Positions 15,655 to 25,877 are shown, counted from the stretch's first letter. The stretch: DNA of 64,000 nucleotides from Patescibacteria group bacterium (GCA_018816805.1 JAHIVE010000005.1:39102-103101); one strand, 5' to 3'. Notes: a model not told the origin generated them from the sequence alone. Numbers and translations: made by a program.

Positions 15655-16379
15655 TGAAAAAAGACTTCCTAACCAGATTGGCCGTTGCAGTTTTAGTAAT
15701 CATTGCCTTCATTGACGGTATGATGGTTGCTGAAAAAATCCAAGAAAAACCCGTAGACGCCAGAGAAATCATAAACTTTGAAGAAATTTTCAAATTCCTG
15801 CCCAAAGAAGAGGAAACCGAACCCCAAACCACACCACAAATCATAGAAGAAACCACAATCCAACCGGAATTCACCTCCCAAACTCCACTCGGCATCTGGA
15901 GAGAGCCCTGGGATGAGTATTCAGAAGAAGCCTGCGCTTATATGGCCGTAAAATGGGCTCTTGGTGAAGAAATGCCGGATCAGACGCAAGTTGCAAATGA
16001 TCTTTTAGCAATTGGAACCTGGGAAGGGAAGGTTTTTGGCACATCAAAGCAAACTTCAGCCGCTCAAACCATGGAAATCCTGACCGACTATTTTGGCTAC
16101 CACAAGGTAGAACTCCAAAAAGCAACCCCAGACTCACTCATAAACCTGCTAAACGAAGGAAAAATAGCAATCCTAACGGTAGATGGGCGCATTCTCCAAA
16201 ATCCCCACTATTCAAATCCGGCGCCTGCCCATCATACAATCCTACTAACAGGTTACGACCAAGAAACCAAAGAATTCATCACAAATGACCCGGGTACAAG
16301 ATACGGCATCTCCGTTCGTTATTCTCAACAAAAAATCCTGGATTCAATCCTGGATGACGCAATTATAATCTCCTCCTAA
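15654..16379 (+). CDS. membrane-anchored protein with a possible papain-like (C39-like) peptidase domain
   Basis: N-terminal TM segment. Candidate catalytic Cys (SEEACAYMAVKW), His (PAHHTILLTGYD) and NDPG occur in the order expected for C39-like peptidases. The assignment is tentative. Confidence 0.4.
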   Translation: MKKDFLTRLAVAVLVIIAFIDGMMVAEKIQEKPVDAREIINFEEIFKFLPKEEETEPQTTPQIIEETTIQPEFTSQTPLGIWREPWDEYSEEACAYMAVKWALGEEMPDQTQVANDLLAIGTWEGKVFGTSKQTSAAQTMEILTDYFGYHKVELQKATPDSLINLLNEGKIAILTVDGRILQNPHYSNPAPAHHTILLTGYDQETKEFITNDPGTRYGISVRYSQQKILDSILDDAIIISS

Positions 16380-16642
16380 GCGCTTAAACCTGCAATTTTC
16401 TTAGCTAACACAGATTTTCTCCTTGCACCGGTGTTTTTTTTCATAATATTCTTCTTAACTGCAGTATCTATCTTTTTGTAAGCTACGCTAAGCATCTTTT
16501 CAGCCTCACTTTTATTACCACTTTTAACTGCATCATTCACACCTCGAATCGCTTTTTTTAGAGCTGTTCGAACATTGTAATTGCGAGCCTGTTTGACCTT
16601 AGTCTGTTTAACTCTCTTTTTTGATTGTTTTAGAATTGGCAT
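16376..16642 (-). CDS. rpsT: 30S ribosomal protein S20
   Basis: MPILKQSKKRVKQTKVKQARNYNVRTALKKAIR... is a typical S20. ATG 16642 is preferred over the longer track ORF. Confidence 0.9.
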   Translation of the reverse strand: MPILKQSKKRVKQTKVKQARNYNVRTALKKAIRGVNDAVKSGNKSEAEKMLSVAYKKIDTAVKKNIMKKNTGARRKSVLAKKIAGLSA

Positions 16643-16713
16643 AGTTGAATTTGTTGTTCTGAAAAAATGCCCGTAAAATATACGAGTCATTCCCTATAAA
16701 GTCAATATAAAAG

Positions 16714-17304
16714 ATGAAAACAATAGTTTTAGCCTCCCTAAGTCCACGAAGAAAAGAATTACTCGAATCTATCGGTCTATCATTCAAAGTCGACCCTCCC
16801 GCAGAATACAAAGAATTAAAGTCAAAATCTATGTCCGCGCATGAGCTTGTAAAGCAAAATGCAATAGGGAAGGCGCAGTCGGTCGCACAAAACTATGAAA
16901 ACGCAATAATAATCGGCGCAGACACCGTGGGCGCCTTTAAGGACCACATACTTGAAAAACCCTCCTCTCATGAAGACGCAAAAAGAATGCTACATATTCT
17001 TTCAGGGAAAACTCATGAAGTTTTAACCGCTCTATGTTTGATTGATACAGAAACAGGTATAAAACAAGTCGCAGTTGAATCAACCCGCATTACATTCGTT
17101 GAAATGTCAGACCACGACATTGAAACTTACCTGCTTTATGGTGAATCCATGGACAAAGCAGCCGCATACGCAGCACAAGGAATAGGTTCAATATTTGTAA
17201 AATCTTTTGACGGCGACTATTTCAATGTGGTGGGACTACCAATGTACCGCCTAAATTTAATGCTAAAGGGATTTGACATTAGCCTGATAGATATCGTAAA
17301 TTAA
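16714..17304 (+). CDS. maf: Maf-like nucleoside triphosphate pyrophosphatase
   Basis: IVLASLSPRRKELL, IIGADTVG, LSGKTHEVLTAL, DKAAAYAAQG and GDYFNVVGLP. Confidence 0.88.
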   Translation: MKTIVLASLSPRRKELLESIGLSFKVDPPAEYKELKSKSMSAHELVKQNAIGKAQSVAQNYENAIIIGADTVGAFKDHILEKPSSHEDAKRMLHILSGKTHEVLTALCLIDTETGIKQVAVESTRITFVEMSDHDIETYLLYGESMDKAAAYAAQGIGSIFVKSFDGDYFNVVGLPMYRLNLMLKGFDISLIDIVN

Positions 17305-17327
17305 TATCAACATAACCACGCACTATC

Positions 17328-17813
17328 ATGGGAAGAAAAGCTGGCAAAATCGCCTTGGGCCTTGGCCTCGTAACCGGAGCAATCACCGGTCTCTTATTCG
17401 CACCTGAAGAAGGGAAAAAAGTACGACAAAAAATCGCAAAAGGAGACGCAAAAGGTCTACTTAAAGACGTTGCGCAAATGGGAGATGACATTGTTGATAT
17501 GGTAGTAGAAATTGCAAAAAACCCTTCTGTTGTTGAAGCAATGGACAGCGCAAAAGATCAAATTGCTGAAGTTGCAAACATGAAAAGGGAAGAACTTGAT
17601 TCAATGTTGCAAAAAGCCAACAAAAAAGCTGATGAATTCAAAAAAACCGTTTCAAAATATGTTAAAGAACAAAAGGAGTTAATTGATAAAAAAGTGGCTG
17701 CAAAAAAAGGCACAACAACAAAAAAGAAGACAACCACAAAAAAGCCTGCAACAAAGAAGACCACAACAAAAAAAGCACCTGCTAAAAAAACTACAACTCC
17801 AAAAAAGAAATAA
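17328..17813 (+). CDS. YtxH-domain protein with a Lys/Thr-rich C-terminal tail
   Basis: N-terminal GLLFAPEEGKKVRQKI is YtxH-like. The tail is KKGTTTKKKTTTKKPATKKTTTKKAPAKKTTTPKKK. Confidence 0.6.
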   Translation: MGRKAGKIALGLGLVTGAITGLLFAPEEGKKVRQKIAKGDAKGLLKDVAQMGDDIVDMVVEIAKNPSVVEAMDSAKDQIAEVANMKREELDSMLQKANKKADEFKKTVSKYVKEQKELIDKKVAAKKGTTTKKKTTTKKPATKKTTTKKAPAKKTTTPKKK

Positions 17814-17816
17814 GTT

Positions 17817-18098
17817 ATGCCTAAAAGCATCCCTTTAGTAGTAATTACGGCATTGATTACAGCTGCCGGAATATACGCAATTACGCGTATTAGTTTGGTA
17901 GGTACTGTTCACAATCAAATCGCACAGATTGAAAGCCTAACTACTCAAAACCAAGAACTCCAAACAGAAGTCACCAGGCTAACTGAAGAGATCACCAGGC
18001 GTGACGCCACTCCTTGTGTAAATCCAAACCCGCCGGATGTGGCAGATGCAACAGACGAAACTGAGTCTACAACGGATTCAACTACCCCCGTAGAGTAG
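17817..18098 (+). CDS. hypothetical small membrane-anchored coiled-coil protein
   Basis: 93-aa ORF with an N-terminal TM segment and a heptad-like stretch. Its 3' end overlaps the convergent purD by 17 nt. Confidence 0.4.
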   Translation: MPKSIPLVVITALITAAGIYAITRISLVGTVHNQIAQIESLTTQNQELQTEVTRLTEEITRRDATPCVNPNPPDVADATDETESTTDSTTPVE

Positions 18099-19395
18099 TC
18101 ATGTGATCAATTCGCTTTTGAATTAAAGCAGCCGTTCCAATATCTCTCCTGTAAAACACAGGTCCCTTCACACAATCCAAGGCACTTTGTGCCTTTCTTT
18201 CCGCTTCCTCCAAGGAATCCGCAATCCCAACAAACGCTATCGCCCTTGAACTTGATAAATAAAGTCCGTCTTCCTTCTTGTCAACAGAACCAAAATACAT
18301 TTTCACACCTTCCGGCACCATACCAATCTCAATTTTATCTCCTTTTTTTGGATTCACAGGATAGCCCTCCGGCACAACATACTTTAAAACAGTCGCCTTA
18401 TTCTCAAATTCCAGTTCCAGTTTCTCCAAAGTCCCCTCAATTATCGCTTCGCAAACCTGAGCAAAATCCGACTTCAAAAGCGGCAAAACATTCATTGCCT
18501 CCGGATCCCCAAACCTGGCATTATATTCAATCAACCTCACACCATCCTTTACGGCAATAAATCCTCCATACATCACGCCCGTAAAATATTTCCCGGTCTC
18601 CTCCTTTAGCGCAGCAGCCACGCGAACAGTAATTTCATGCGCCTCCTTCAAATCACTTTCTCGCAGGAACGGCAGCGAATGATTCACATCACTATATGTT
18701 CCCATCCCGCCTGTATTAGGCCCTGTGTCACCCTCATACGCTCTTTTATGATCCTGCACAGCCGGCATATCTCGCAGTGTTTTGCCATCCGTAAGACTCA
18801 TAAGCGAAAACTCTTCACCCACAAATTTTTCCTCAATCACCACACGACCAGCATCCAAAATACATTCCTCAGCATATTGAACGCCTTCTTCAATAGATTC
18901 CAAATGTACCCCGGAAACTTTCACCCCCTTACCACCAGTTAATCCATCCGCTTTCACCACATAATTCCCGCCAAGTTCTTCAATAAAATCTCTCATGCCA
19001 TCAATCTCTTCAAAGACCCTAAATTCCGGATTCCCAGGAATATTATATTTTTTCATTAAATCACGCGTAAAAGACTTGGAACTTTCCAGTTGCGCAAGCA
19101 TCATTGTAGGCGCAACGCTTTTCACACCAATCTCTAAGAGTTTATCAGCCGCTCCATCCGCAATTGGATTATCCGGCCCCACAAATGCAAAATCAGGTTT
19201 AACTTTCTCTGCAAACGAAATCATTGCATCAAAATCACTCAACGAACCAACTTCATATTCCTCAGAAAGCTCAATAATCCCCGGATTTTTGCTGCTGGCA
19301 TACGTATATAACAAAACTTCCTGTGGACTCCTTTTTAGTGTCTCGGCAATGACATGTTCTCTGGCGCCATTGCCCACAAGCAGAATACGTTTCAT
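18082..19395 (-). CDS. purD: phosphoribosylamine-glycine ligase
   Basis: MKRILLVGNGAREHVIAE N-terminus with an ATP-grasp core; full length at 437 aa. Confidence 0.92.
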   Translation of the reverse strand: MKRILLVGNGAREHVIAETLKRSPQEVLLYTYASSKNPGIIELSEEYEVGSLSDFDAMISFAEKVKPDFAFVGPDNPIADGAADKLLEIGVKSVAPTMMLAQLESSKSFTRDLMKKYNIPGNPEFRVFEEIDGMRDFIEELGGNYVVKADGLTGGKGVKVSGVHLESIEEGVQYAEECILDAGRVVIEEKFVGEEFSLMSLTDGKTLRDMPAVQDHKRAYEGDTGPNTGGMGTYSDVNHSLPFLRESDLKEAHEITVRVAAALKEETGKYFTGVMYGGFIAVKDGVRLIEYNARFGDPEAMNVLPLLKSDFAQVCEAIIEGTLEKLELEFENKATVLKYVVPEGYPVNPKKGDKIEIGMVPEGVKMYFGSVDKKEDGLYLSSSRAIAFVGIADSLEEAERKAQSALDCVKGPVFYRRDIGTAALIQKRIDHMTTLRG

Positions 19396-19402
19396 GATTT
19401 TT

Positions 19403-20893
19403 TTAAATTAATGGTATTTGATTTAAACTTTCACAACCAGACGGCGCAACCCCACTTCGACTATCCTCAGCAGCCCTCAAAACTTCTTCAGTTACGTCTC
19501 CGGTTGGATATTTTCCATCAAAACATGCCATACAGAATTTCTTAATTTTTGGATTTCCTTCCTGCACCGCAGAAACCAAATCATCCAATTCCTGATAAAA
19601 GAGAGCATCAGCCCCAATTTTCTTCGCAGTTTCCTCAATTGTAAGCTCATTTGCAACAAACTCCTTCCTTGATGGCATATCAATCCCATAAACACATGGG
19701 TGGTGTAGGGGAGGCGCACAAGACGCAAAATACACTTTCTTAGCCCCCATTGCCCTAACCATATCCACAATCTGCCTTGAAGTATTGCCGCGAACAATTG
19801 AATCATCCACCAAAAGCACATTTTTACCCTTAATCTCAAGCTGAATTGGATTCAATTTTTGGCGAATCGACTTATTGCGTTTCTCTTGTCCCGGCATTAT
19901 GAAAGTTCGCCCAACATATCTGTTTTTCACCAATCCTTCTCTATACTTAACACCCAATTTATATGCAAGCGGTACAGCAGCATGCTTTGAAGTTGTCGGT
20001 ACCGGAATAACCACATCAATCTTCAAGTTCGCGGCCTTGATCTGTTTAGCCAATTTTTCACCCATCCTGAGCCTGCTTTTATAAACGGAAATATCATCCA
20101 GCATGGAATCCGGCCGCGCAAAATACACATACTCAAAAATACAAGGTGTAAGCTCCGTTTTCCCCGCACAAATCTTCCTATGCACATTTCCATGCAAATC
20201 TACATAAACCGCCTCGCCGGGCGCCAAATCACCAATAACCTCAAACCCCAAAACATCCAACGCCACAGACTCAGACGCCAAAATGGTATCTGTATATAAA
20301 TCATCCTTCCTTTGCCCAAAAATCAGCGGCCGAATCGCATTCGGATCCCTAAAAGCTAAAAGCCCATGCCCTGCAATCAAAGCAATAACCGCATAAGCAC
20401 CCCGAACCCTCTTAAAAACACCCTCCATCGCATTAAAAATATGCTCAGGTTTCAAGCTAAGCCCATCTTGTTTATCAAGTTCATCCGCAAGAACATTCAA
20501 CAAAACTTCAGAATCGCTTCTGGTATTCAAATGACGCTTATTACTCTTAATAACTTGCTCTCGAAGCTCATCTGTATTAGTTAAAGTTCCATTGTGAATC
20601 AATGCAACACCATAAGGGGCATTCACATAAAATGGCTGTGCCTCAGCTGTATCATACGTACCGGCAGTAGGATACCTAACATGTCCAAGCCCCGTATTCC
20701 CGCAAAGCCGCTTACTTTCTGTTGGTCCAAAAACATCCGCTACAAGTCCGTCTCCCTTCACCAAATGAATCTGCTCACTATCATAAGTAACCATCCCGGC
20801 CGCATCCTGACCCCGATGCTGAAGCATCATCAGTCCGTCATAAAGTTGTAAGAAGACGGGGTCGTTTGAATGAATGCCAATTATTCCACACAT
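19403..20893 (-). CDS. purF: amidophosphoribosyltransferase
   Basis: MCGIIGI Ntn N-terminus, PRTase motif VLLVDDSIVRGNTS, and C-terminal cysteines. Confidence 0.93.
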   Translation of the reverse strand: MCGIIGIHSNDPVFLQLYDGLMMLQHRGQDAAGMVTYDSEQIHLVKGDGLVADVFGPTESKRLCGNTGLGHVRYPTAGTYDTAEAQPFYVNAPYGVALIHNGTLTNTDELREQVIKSNKRHLNTRSDSEVLLNVLADELDKQDGLSLKPEHIFNAMEGVFKRVRGAYAVIALIAGHGLLAFRDPNAIRPLIFGQRKDDLYTDTILASESVALDVLGFEVIGDLAPGEAVYVDLHGNVHRKICAGKTELTPCIFEYVYFARPDSMLDDISVYKSRLRMGEKLAKQIKAANLKIDVVIPVPTTSKHAAVPLAYKLGVKYREGLVKNRYVGRTFIMPGQEKRNKSIRQKLNPIQLEIKGKNVLLVDDSIVRGNTSRQIVDMVRAMGAKKVYFASCAPPLHHPCVYGIDMPSRKEFVANELTIEETAKKIGADALFYQELDDLVSAVQEGNPKIKKFCMACFDGKYPTGDVTEEVLRAAEDSRSGVAPSGCESLNQIPLI

Positions 20894-20951
20894 AGGGGGT
20901 CTTTTTTTGGAGACTAAATACTAACGCGAATACTACTTAACCTTCAAGTGA

Positions 20952-21809
20952 TTATTTTTTTGTTTGCTTCCTCGCCGCAACCGCCACGCTTTCCATTAAA
21001 CAAGCAACCGTCATAGGCCCAACGCCACCAGGCACCGGCGTAATAGCCGCAACTTTATCTTTTACTGTATCAAAATTCACATCTCCACAAAGTTTTCCGT
21101 TTTCAAGCCGATTCATCCCAACGTCAATAATAACAGAACCCTCTTTAACCATATCTTCATTAATCAAATTCGGCACCCCGGCCGCCACAACCAGCAAATC
21201 CGCCCATTTTGTATAAACAGTCAGATTTTTTGTTTTACTGTGACAAACCGCCACAGTCGCACCTCTGTTTAGAAGCATAGAGGCAATCGGTTTCCCAACA
21301 ATATTGCTGCGACCAACAACAACCGCATCCATCCCGCTTACATCCACATTGTAATAATCTAAAATTTTAATAATTCCCTTTGGCGTGCACGGTGCCATAT
21401 CTTCAAATTCCTGGCTAATAAACATTTTCCCCAAATTATAAGCCGTAAATCCGTCCACATCCTTCCGTGGATCAATCGCCTTATTGATAAGTGGCACGGA
21501 AATATGCTTTGGCAAAGGCAACTGAACAATAAAACCATGCACCGACTTGTCCTCATTCAACTCCTCCACAACTTTTATAAGATCTTCCTGACTAATACTT
21601 GCATCAAACGCCCTCTTTTCAAACAAAATGCCAACATTTTTACACGCTTTCTCTTTATGCCCCACATAAACCTGGCTCCCCGGATCTTCACCCACAACTA
21701 CCACAACCAATTTAGGCATAATACCTTCCACTTCAAGTTCAACAACATCCTTTTTTACTTGCTCCAAAACCGACTCTGAAACCTTGAGGCCGTCTAAGAT
21801 TTGAACCAT
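20952..21809 (-). CDS. folD: bifunctional methylenetetrahydrofolate dehydrogenase/methenyl-THF cyclohydrolase
   Basis: VGEDPGSQVYV, VVVGRSNIVGKP and ITPVPGGVGPMTVA. Confidence 0.92.
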   Translation of the reverse strand: MVQILDGLKVSESVLEQVKKDVVELEVEGIMPKLVVVVVGEDPGSQVYVGHKEKACKNVGILFEKRAFDASISQEDLIKVVEELNEDKSVHGFIVQLPLPKHISVPLINKAIDPRKDVDGFTAYNLGKMFISQEFEDMAPCTPKGIIKILDYYNVDVSGMDAVVVGRSNIVGKPIASMLLNRGATVAVCHSKTKNLTVYTKWADLLVVAAGVPNLINEDMVKEGSVIIDVGMNRLENGKLCGDVNFDTVKDKVAAITPVPGGVGPMTVACLMESVAVAARKQTKK

Positions 21810-21842
21810 TTTTCTAAAGTTAGAGCGTCAGAATTTTAGCAG

Positions 21843-22424
21843 CTATAGTCCAAGATGCAAAGCAACAACCTGCCAAATTAATTCGCTCGTCTCCGGCGCC
21901 GTTGGCTGCAGCGGAATTTTTGTCCAATCATATTTTTCCGCCAGCTCCAAATGCACCTGTCGCGATCTCTTCATAATTTCATGATTCGTCTCATGCAAAT
22001 GCCCTTCCTCCATTGACGACTCAATCCTCTCACCATCAATCAAAATTGCCAAATCCTCATCCACCAAATACTTGTTCATCTCCTCCAGCCAATGCGTAGA
22101 CGCCCCCTTCACCGTACCCCAAGCTATTCCCGTTCCAACATAATCTTCCGCCACCACAATTTTTCCTTCTGTTAGCCATCCTTTCAAAGTCGGCTCAAAC
22201 TGATACCTATTTAAAGTAAACCACATCTGCAACTCCTCCTCAGAAATTTTCTGCTCCGTCCCACTCCTCAAAAAATTATTTAAATATTGCCCCGTGGGCT
22301 CTTCATCATAAACCGGATATTTTACATAAACCGCACTGCGCCCAAGAGACCGAAGCCTCTCAACTAGCAGTTTAGCCTGCGTAGTCTTTCCAATATTATT
22401 AATCCCGTACAGCGTAATTAGCAT
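21843..22424 (-). CDS. thymidylate kinase-like P-loop nucleotide kinase
   Basis: The N-terminus ITLYGINNIGKTTQAKLL resembles the dTMP kinase P-loop. The remainder is divergent. Confidence 0.55.
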   Translation of the reverse strand: MLITLYGINNIGKTTQAKLLVERLRSLGRSAVYVKYPVYDEEPTGQYLNNFLRSGTEQKISEEELQMWFTLNRYQFEPTLKGWLTEGKIVVAEDYVGTGIAWGTVKGASTHWLEEMNKYLVDEDLAILIDGERIESSMEEGHLHETNHEIMKRSRQVHLELAEKYDWTKIPLQPTAPETSELIWQVVALHLGL

Positions 22425-22483
22425 TTGTGATCAAATTGAAAATTCATTACCATGTTGCCTTAGTATTCTTATAAGTTCAAGTT

Positions 22484-22792
22484 ATGCGTTCCTCTTCAGA
22501 TTTAAATAAGTGGCTTTGCGCCATGTATCTCAGCTTAGCCCAGCCAAATACTCCTGAAGTCCCAAAAATAGAACCCACGCCAGTCGCTTACCAAAGAATC
22601 CAATTTGAAGCCAACACACGCATTAAATCAGTAATTGAAATTCGCCCATCCTTCATTGACGAAGGCCGCCCTCCACAAACAGACGAAGAATGGGAAGAAT
22701 ATTTCAGATACCTAGACTTTTTTGAAGACACTAAAAGACGAAGAGAAATTCGCGAAGAAATTGAAAAGGAGTGGCAAAAATCTACCCAGTAG
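22484..22792 (+). CDS. hypothetical protein
   Basis: 102-aa ORF with no motif. Its 3' end overlaps the convergent dut by 11 nt. Confidence 0.35.
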   Translation: MRSSSDLNKWLCAMYLSLAQPNTPEVPKIEPTPVAYQRIQFEANTRIKSVIEIRPSFIDEGRPPQTDEEWEEYFRYLDFFEDTKRRREIREEIEKEWQKSTQ

Positions 22793-23210
22793 ACCCAAAC
22801 CCACCTCTACTCTCATTTCGAATCTCATCTACTTCCTCCCACTCAAATTTATCAATTCGCACAAAAACACCCTGTGCTATCTTTTCACCGCGTTTAATTT
22901 CAACTGACGAGCCGGAAAAATTATAAACCTGAATCTTTATCTCATCTTCCGGTCCGCAGTAATCATGGTCAATTATCCCAAATCCATGCGGTGTTGAAAG
23001 TCCCTTCTTCCGCGGGGTACTACTGCGTGAAGCCACAACAAGCATAAAATTTTCCGGAACCTCCACAACAACATTTGCCGGCACCAACTCAATCATCCCG
23101 TCTTCAATTATCATATCAACCCGCGCCAAAATATCAAACCCAACGCTCCCGCCAGTTTCATAAACGGGAAGGGGGAGGCTTTTGTCTATTCTTTTAATGC
23201 GAACTTTCAT
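22782..23210 (-). CDS. dut: dUTP diphosphatase
   Basis: GIIDHDYCGPEDEI and the C-terminal ESRGGFGSTG motif. Confidence 0.88.
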   Translation of the reverse strand: MKVRIKRIDKSLPLPVYETGGSVGFDILARVDMIIEDGMIELVPANVVVEVPENFMLVVASRSSTPRKKGLSTPHGFGIIDHDYCGPEDEIKIQVYNFSGSSVEIKRGEKIAQGVFVRIDKFEWEEVDEIRNESRGGFGSTG

Positions 23211-23275
23211 ACATCCACATACTACATTAAATTAGCAAAAAGCCCCACATTTCTGCAGAGCTTTTTGAGGGAAGA

Positions 23276-23974
23276 TTATTTTGCTGTCGCATCTGCGACG
23301 TCTACTTTAATACCAGGCCCCATTGTGGTTGCCAAGGTAATGCTCTTTACATAAGAACCTTTCATAGTACTGGGTTTTTTTTCCATCACCGCAAGCAAAT
23401 AAGCTTTTACATTTTCCAATAGCTTTTGCTCACCAAAAGAAACTTTCCCAACCACATTATGTAAGTTAGCAAGTTTGTCGTTTCTAAATTCAACTTGTCC
23501 TTTCATTACATCCGCAACAGCTGCTGCTGGATCTGGTGTTACGGTTCCTGCTTTAGGATTCGGCATTTTTCCAGCCTGACCAAGCGTTCTAGCAATTTTT
23601 CCGAGCTCTTTCATCATTTCCGGTGTAGCCACCGCAACATCAAAATCCATCCAACCTTTTTCAATTTTCGCAATCAACTCTGCACTTCCGGCCTCAATTG
23701 CACCTGCGTCTTTACATGTTTTAACCTTATCATCACTAACAAACGCAACCACACGAACAGTTTTACCGGTTCCATGCGGCAAAGAAACAGTTGTACGAAT
23801 CTGTTGCTCCGCTTGTTTTGGGTCAATTCCAAGATGCATATGAATTTCCACACTACTATCAAACTTAGTTGTAGAAGTTTCTAACGCCAATTTAATGGCT
23901 TCAGAAAGAGGATATAGCTTAAGAGCATCAAGCTTTTCGCTGGCTGCTCGGTATTTTTTACCGTGTTTTGACAT
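23276..23974 (-). CDS. rplA: 50S ribosomal protein L1
   Basis: MSKHGKKYRAASEKLD... and LPHGTGKTVRV. ATG 23974 is preferred over the longer track ORF. Confidence 0.92.
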   Translation of the reverse strand: MSKHGKKYRAASEKLDALKLYPLSEAIKLALETSTTKFDSSVEIHMHLGIDPKQAEQQIRTTVSLPHGTGKTVRVVAFVSDDKVKTCKDAGAIEAGSAELIAKIEKGWMDFDVAVATPEMMKELGKIARTLGQAGKMPNPKAGTVTPDPAAAVADVMKGQVEFRNDKLANLHNVVGKVSFGEQKLLENVKAYLLAVMEKKPSTMKGSYVKSITLATTMGPGIKVDVADATAK

Positions 23975-24032
23975 AATAAATTGGGTTATGTGGTGAAAAA
24001 CGAAACGCAACGCGATTCTCCCACTAAATAAA

Positions 24033-24458
24033 TTATTCCACCTGTACTCCCATACTCCTTGCTGTCCCAGCCATAATCTTCATGGCAGCATCAAGATCAT
24101 TCGCATTCAAATCTTCCATCTTAATTTTCGCAATCTCTTCAAGTTGAGCCTTGGAAATTTTACCAACCTTAGTTTTGTGCGACTCACTTGATCCCTTAGC
24201 CAAGTTTATGGCTTGTTTGATCAAAATTGCAGCAGGTGGTTGCTTTAAAATAAAATCTAAAGTCCTGTCTTCATAAATCGTAATAACACAAGGAATAATT
24301 GTATTTCCTTTATCACGAGTCATTTCGTTAAACTTTGTACAAAAATCTTGCATATTCACACCATGAGGCCCAAGAGCGGTACCAACCGGTGGTGCAGGAT
24401 TCGCCTTCCCGGCGGGAATTTGAAGTTTAACAATCGCTTTTACTGGTTTATCAGCCAT
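24033..24458 (-). CDS. rplK: 50S ribosomal protein L11
   Basis: [26 protein letters not shown]. Confidence 0.93.
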   Translation of the reverse strand: MADKPVKAIVKLQIPAGKANPAPPVGTALGPHGVNMQDFCTKFNEMTRDKGNTIIPCVITIYEDRTLDFILKQPPAAILIKQAINLAKGSSESHKTKVGKISKAQLEEIAKIKMEDLNANDLDAAMKIMAGTARSMGVQVE

Positions 24459-24482
24459 AATTCGTTTATTTAAAGCTCCGGT

Positions 24483-24511
24483 AATCTACAGAAGAAAACG
24501 CCTAAAGTCAA
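24483..24511 (-). promoter_or_regulatory. sigma70-like promoter candidate for rplK-rplA
   Basis: On the minus strand: TTGACT (24511-24506), 17 nt, TAGATT (24488-24483), 24 nt upstream of the rplK ATG. Confidence 0.45.
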
Positions 24512-24519
24512 AGCAATTT

Positions 24520-25182
24520 TTAGGGAAGAATTCCAAATAATTGCTTCATCTTCTCATGATAACCATAATCATACTCAAAAGCATATAGAGTGTCGCTCTC
24601 CTTTACCACAATATGAACAGTTTTAGTTTTAATTTTATGGTTAAAGTAGAATGAAGTATCTCCATAAGTATTTGTTTCATTAACTTCTCCATAATCCAAT
24701 AGTCCCATAGCTCTTTCACGAATCTTCAAATATCCCTGAAATGCACCAATTTCTGTAGGATATTTGATCTCAGAAACAGCCCCAACGTAAGTCTCATCCT
24801 CAAAAATATTAGATTGATAAACATACGCGTCAGTTTGATCTGAAAAATCAATTATTTGAAAAACCGACCCGTTAAACTGAGCCTCTTTCAAAATAGGATT
24901 TGAGAAACCCACCAACTGAAAATTCAACGCGGAAAGTTCCGGCTCAATCACAGAAATAGAACTTAAAGTTACTTCGTCTTCAGAATTCTGTTTTACAGGT
25001 TCAGTAGTTTCCTCGTCAATTTTTGGCTCTGCCAAAAGTGGCTCAGCAGTTGCAACATTAAGATCCTTAGCATTATCAATGCCACTAATATCAGCTTTTA
25101 AATAATTATGAGAAAGAATATCACCTATAAAGAAAAGTAAGGTGAGTGACAACAAGATCGAAAATATTGTGAATCTTTGCAT
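24520..25182 (-). CDS. hypothetical membrane-anchored or secreted protein
   Basis: 220-aa ORF with an N-terminal hydrophobic segment (FTIFSILLSLTLLFFIG) and no motif. Confidence 0.5.
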   Translation of the reverse strand: MQRFTIFSILLSLTLLFFIGDILSHNYLKADISGIDNAKDLNVATAEPLLAEPKIDEETTEPVKQNSEDEVTLSSISVIEPELSALNFQLVGFSNPILKEAQFNGSVFQIIDFSDQTDAYVYQSNIFEDETYVGAVSEIKYPTEIGAFQGYLKIRERAMGLLDYGEVNETNTYGDTSFYFNHKIKTKTVHIVVKESDTLYAFEYDYGYHEKMKQLFGILP

Positions 25183-25273
25183 ATCAATTGTAGCGCAATG
25201 AAAATCTTAACATCTTTTAATTCGAATTTCCAATTGCTGCAATATAAATTAGAAATCAATAAAAAGACATGTA

Positions 25274-25301
25274 TTGACAAAAAGGAAGAATTGGCTAATA
25301 G
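25274..25301 (+). promoter_or_regulatory. sigma70-like promoter candidate
   Basis: TTGACA (25274-25279), 16 nt, TAATAG (25296-25301). Confidence 0.35.
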
Positions 25302-25319
25302 TGCAGATAAAATTAATTT

Positions 25320-25850
25320 ATGGAAATAAATAATAATATTTCAACGGAAGAAGAAATAACAAATGTTGCAAAGTCATTTACCAATGGGCAATTCGAAACG
25401 CGCGATTATTATTTTGAAAACCCTGAAAAAATATTTGAATTACTTGCCAAGTGGATTGAAGATGGCGCACTGGATTGCCCGGAAAAATTAATTGAGGTCT
25501 TATCCAATTTCTTTTTTGGGCAGATTTTAAACGGAATCGACACTAGTGAAATGCGATGGTTGAACAATATATTTTCTCGCTTTTCAATAGAAATTTTAGA
25601 AAAATTACATCAAATTGCACAAGAAAATAGGTCAAAAGAAGTGGAAAGAGACAGCCAACGTCCTGAGAGAAGGTTTCTGGACAATAAAGCACAGATCGCT
25701 GTTAAGCTTGAAGAAATTCTTGAAGACTGCTTATCTATAAAACAAGGAAATCCCACAGAAAGAGTGCAAAGGCTTTGGAGAAGGCGAAAAGAAGAGGAAG
25801 AGTATTATGAACAGTGCATTGCAGGAACTTCGAAAGATTGGTATTTCTAA
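25320..25850 (+). CDS. hypothetical protein
   Basis: 176-aa ORF with no motif. It lies on the strand opposite to the flanking nusG and rplK. Confidence 0.45.
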   Translation: MEINNNISTEEEITNVAKSFTNGQFETRDYYFENPEKIFELLAKWIEDGALDCPEKLIEVLSNFFFGQILNGIDTSEMRWLNNIFSRFSIEILEKLHQIAQENRSKEVERDSQRPERRFLDNKAQIAVKLEEILEDCLSIKQGNPTERVQRLWRRRKEEEEYYEQCIAGTSKDWYF

Positions 25851-25877
25851 AAAAAACAACTTATACCTTCGTAAATC

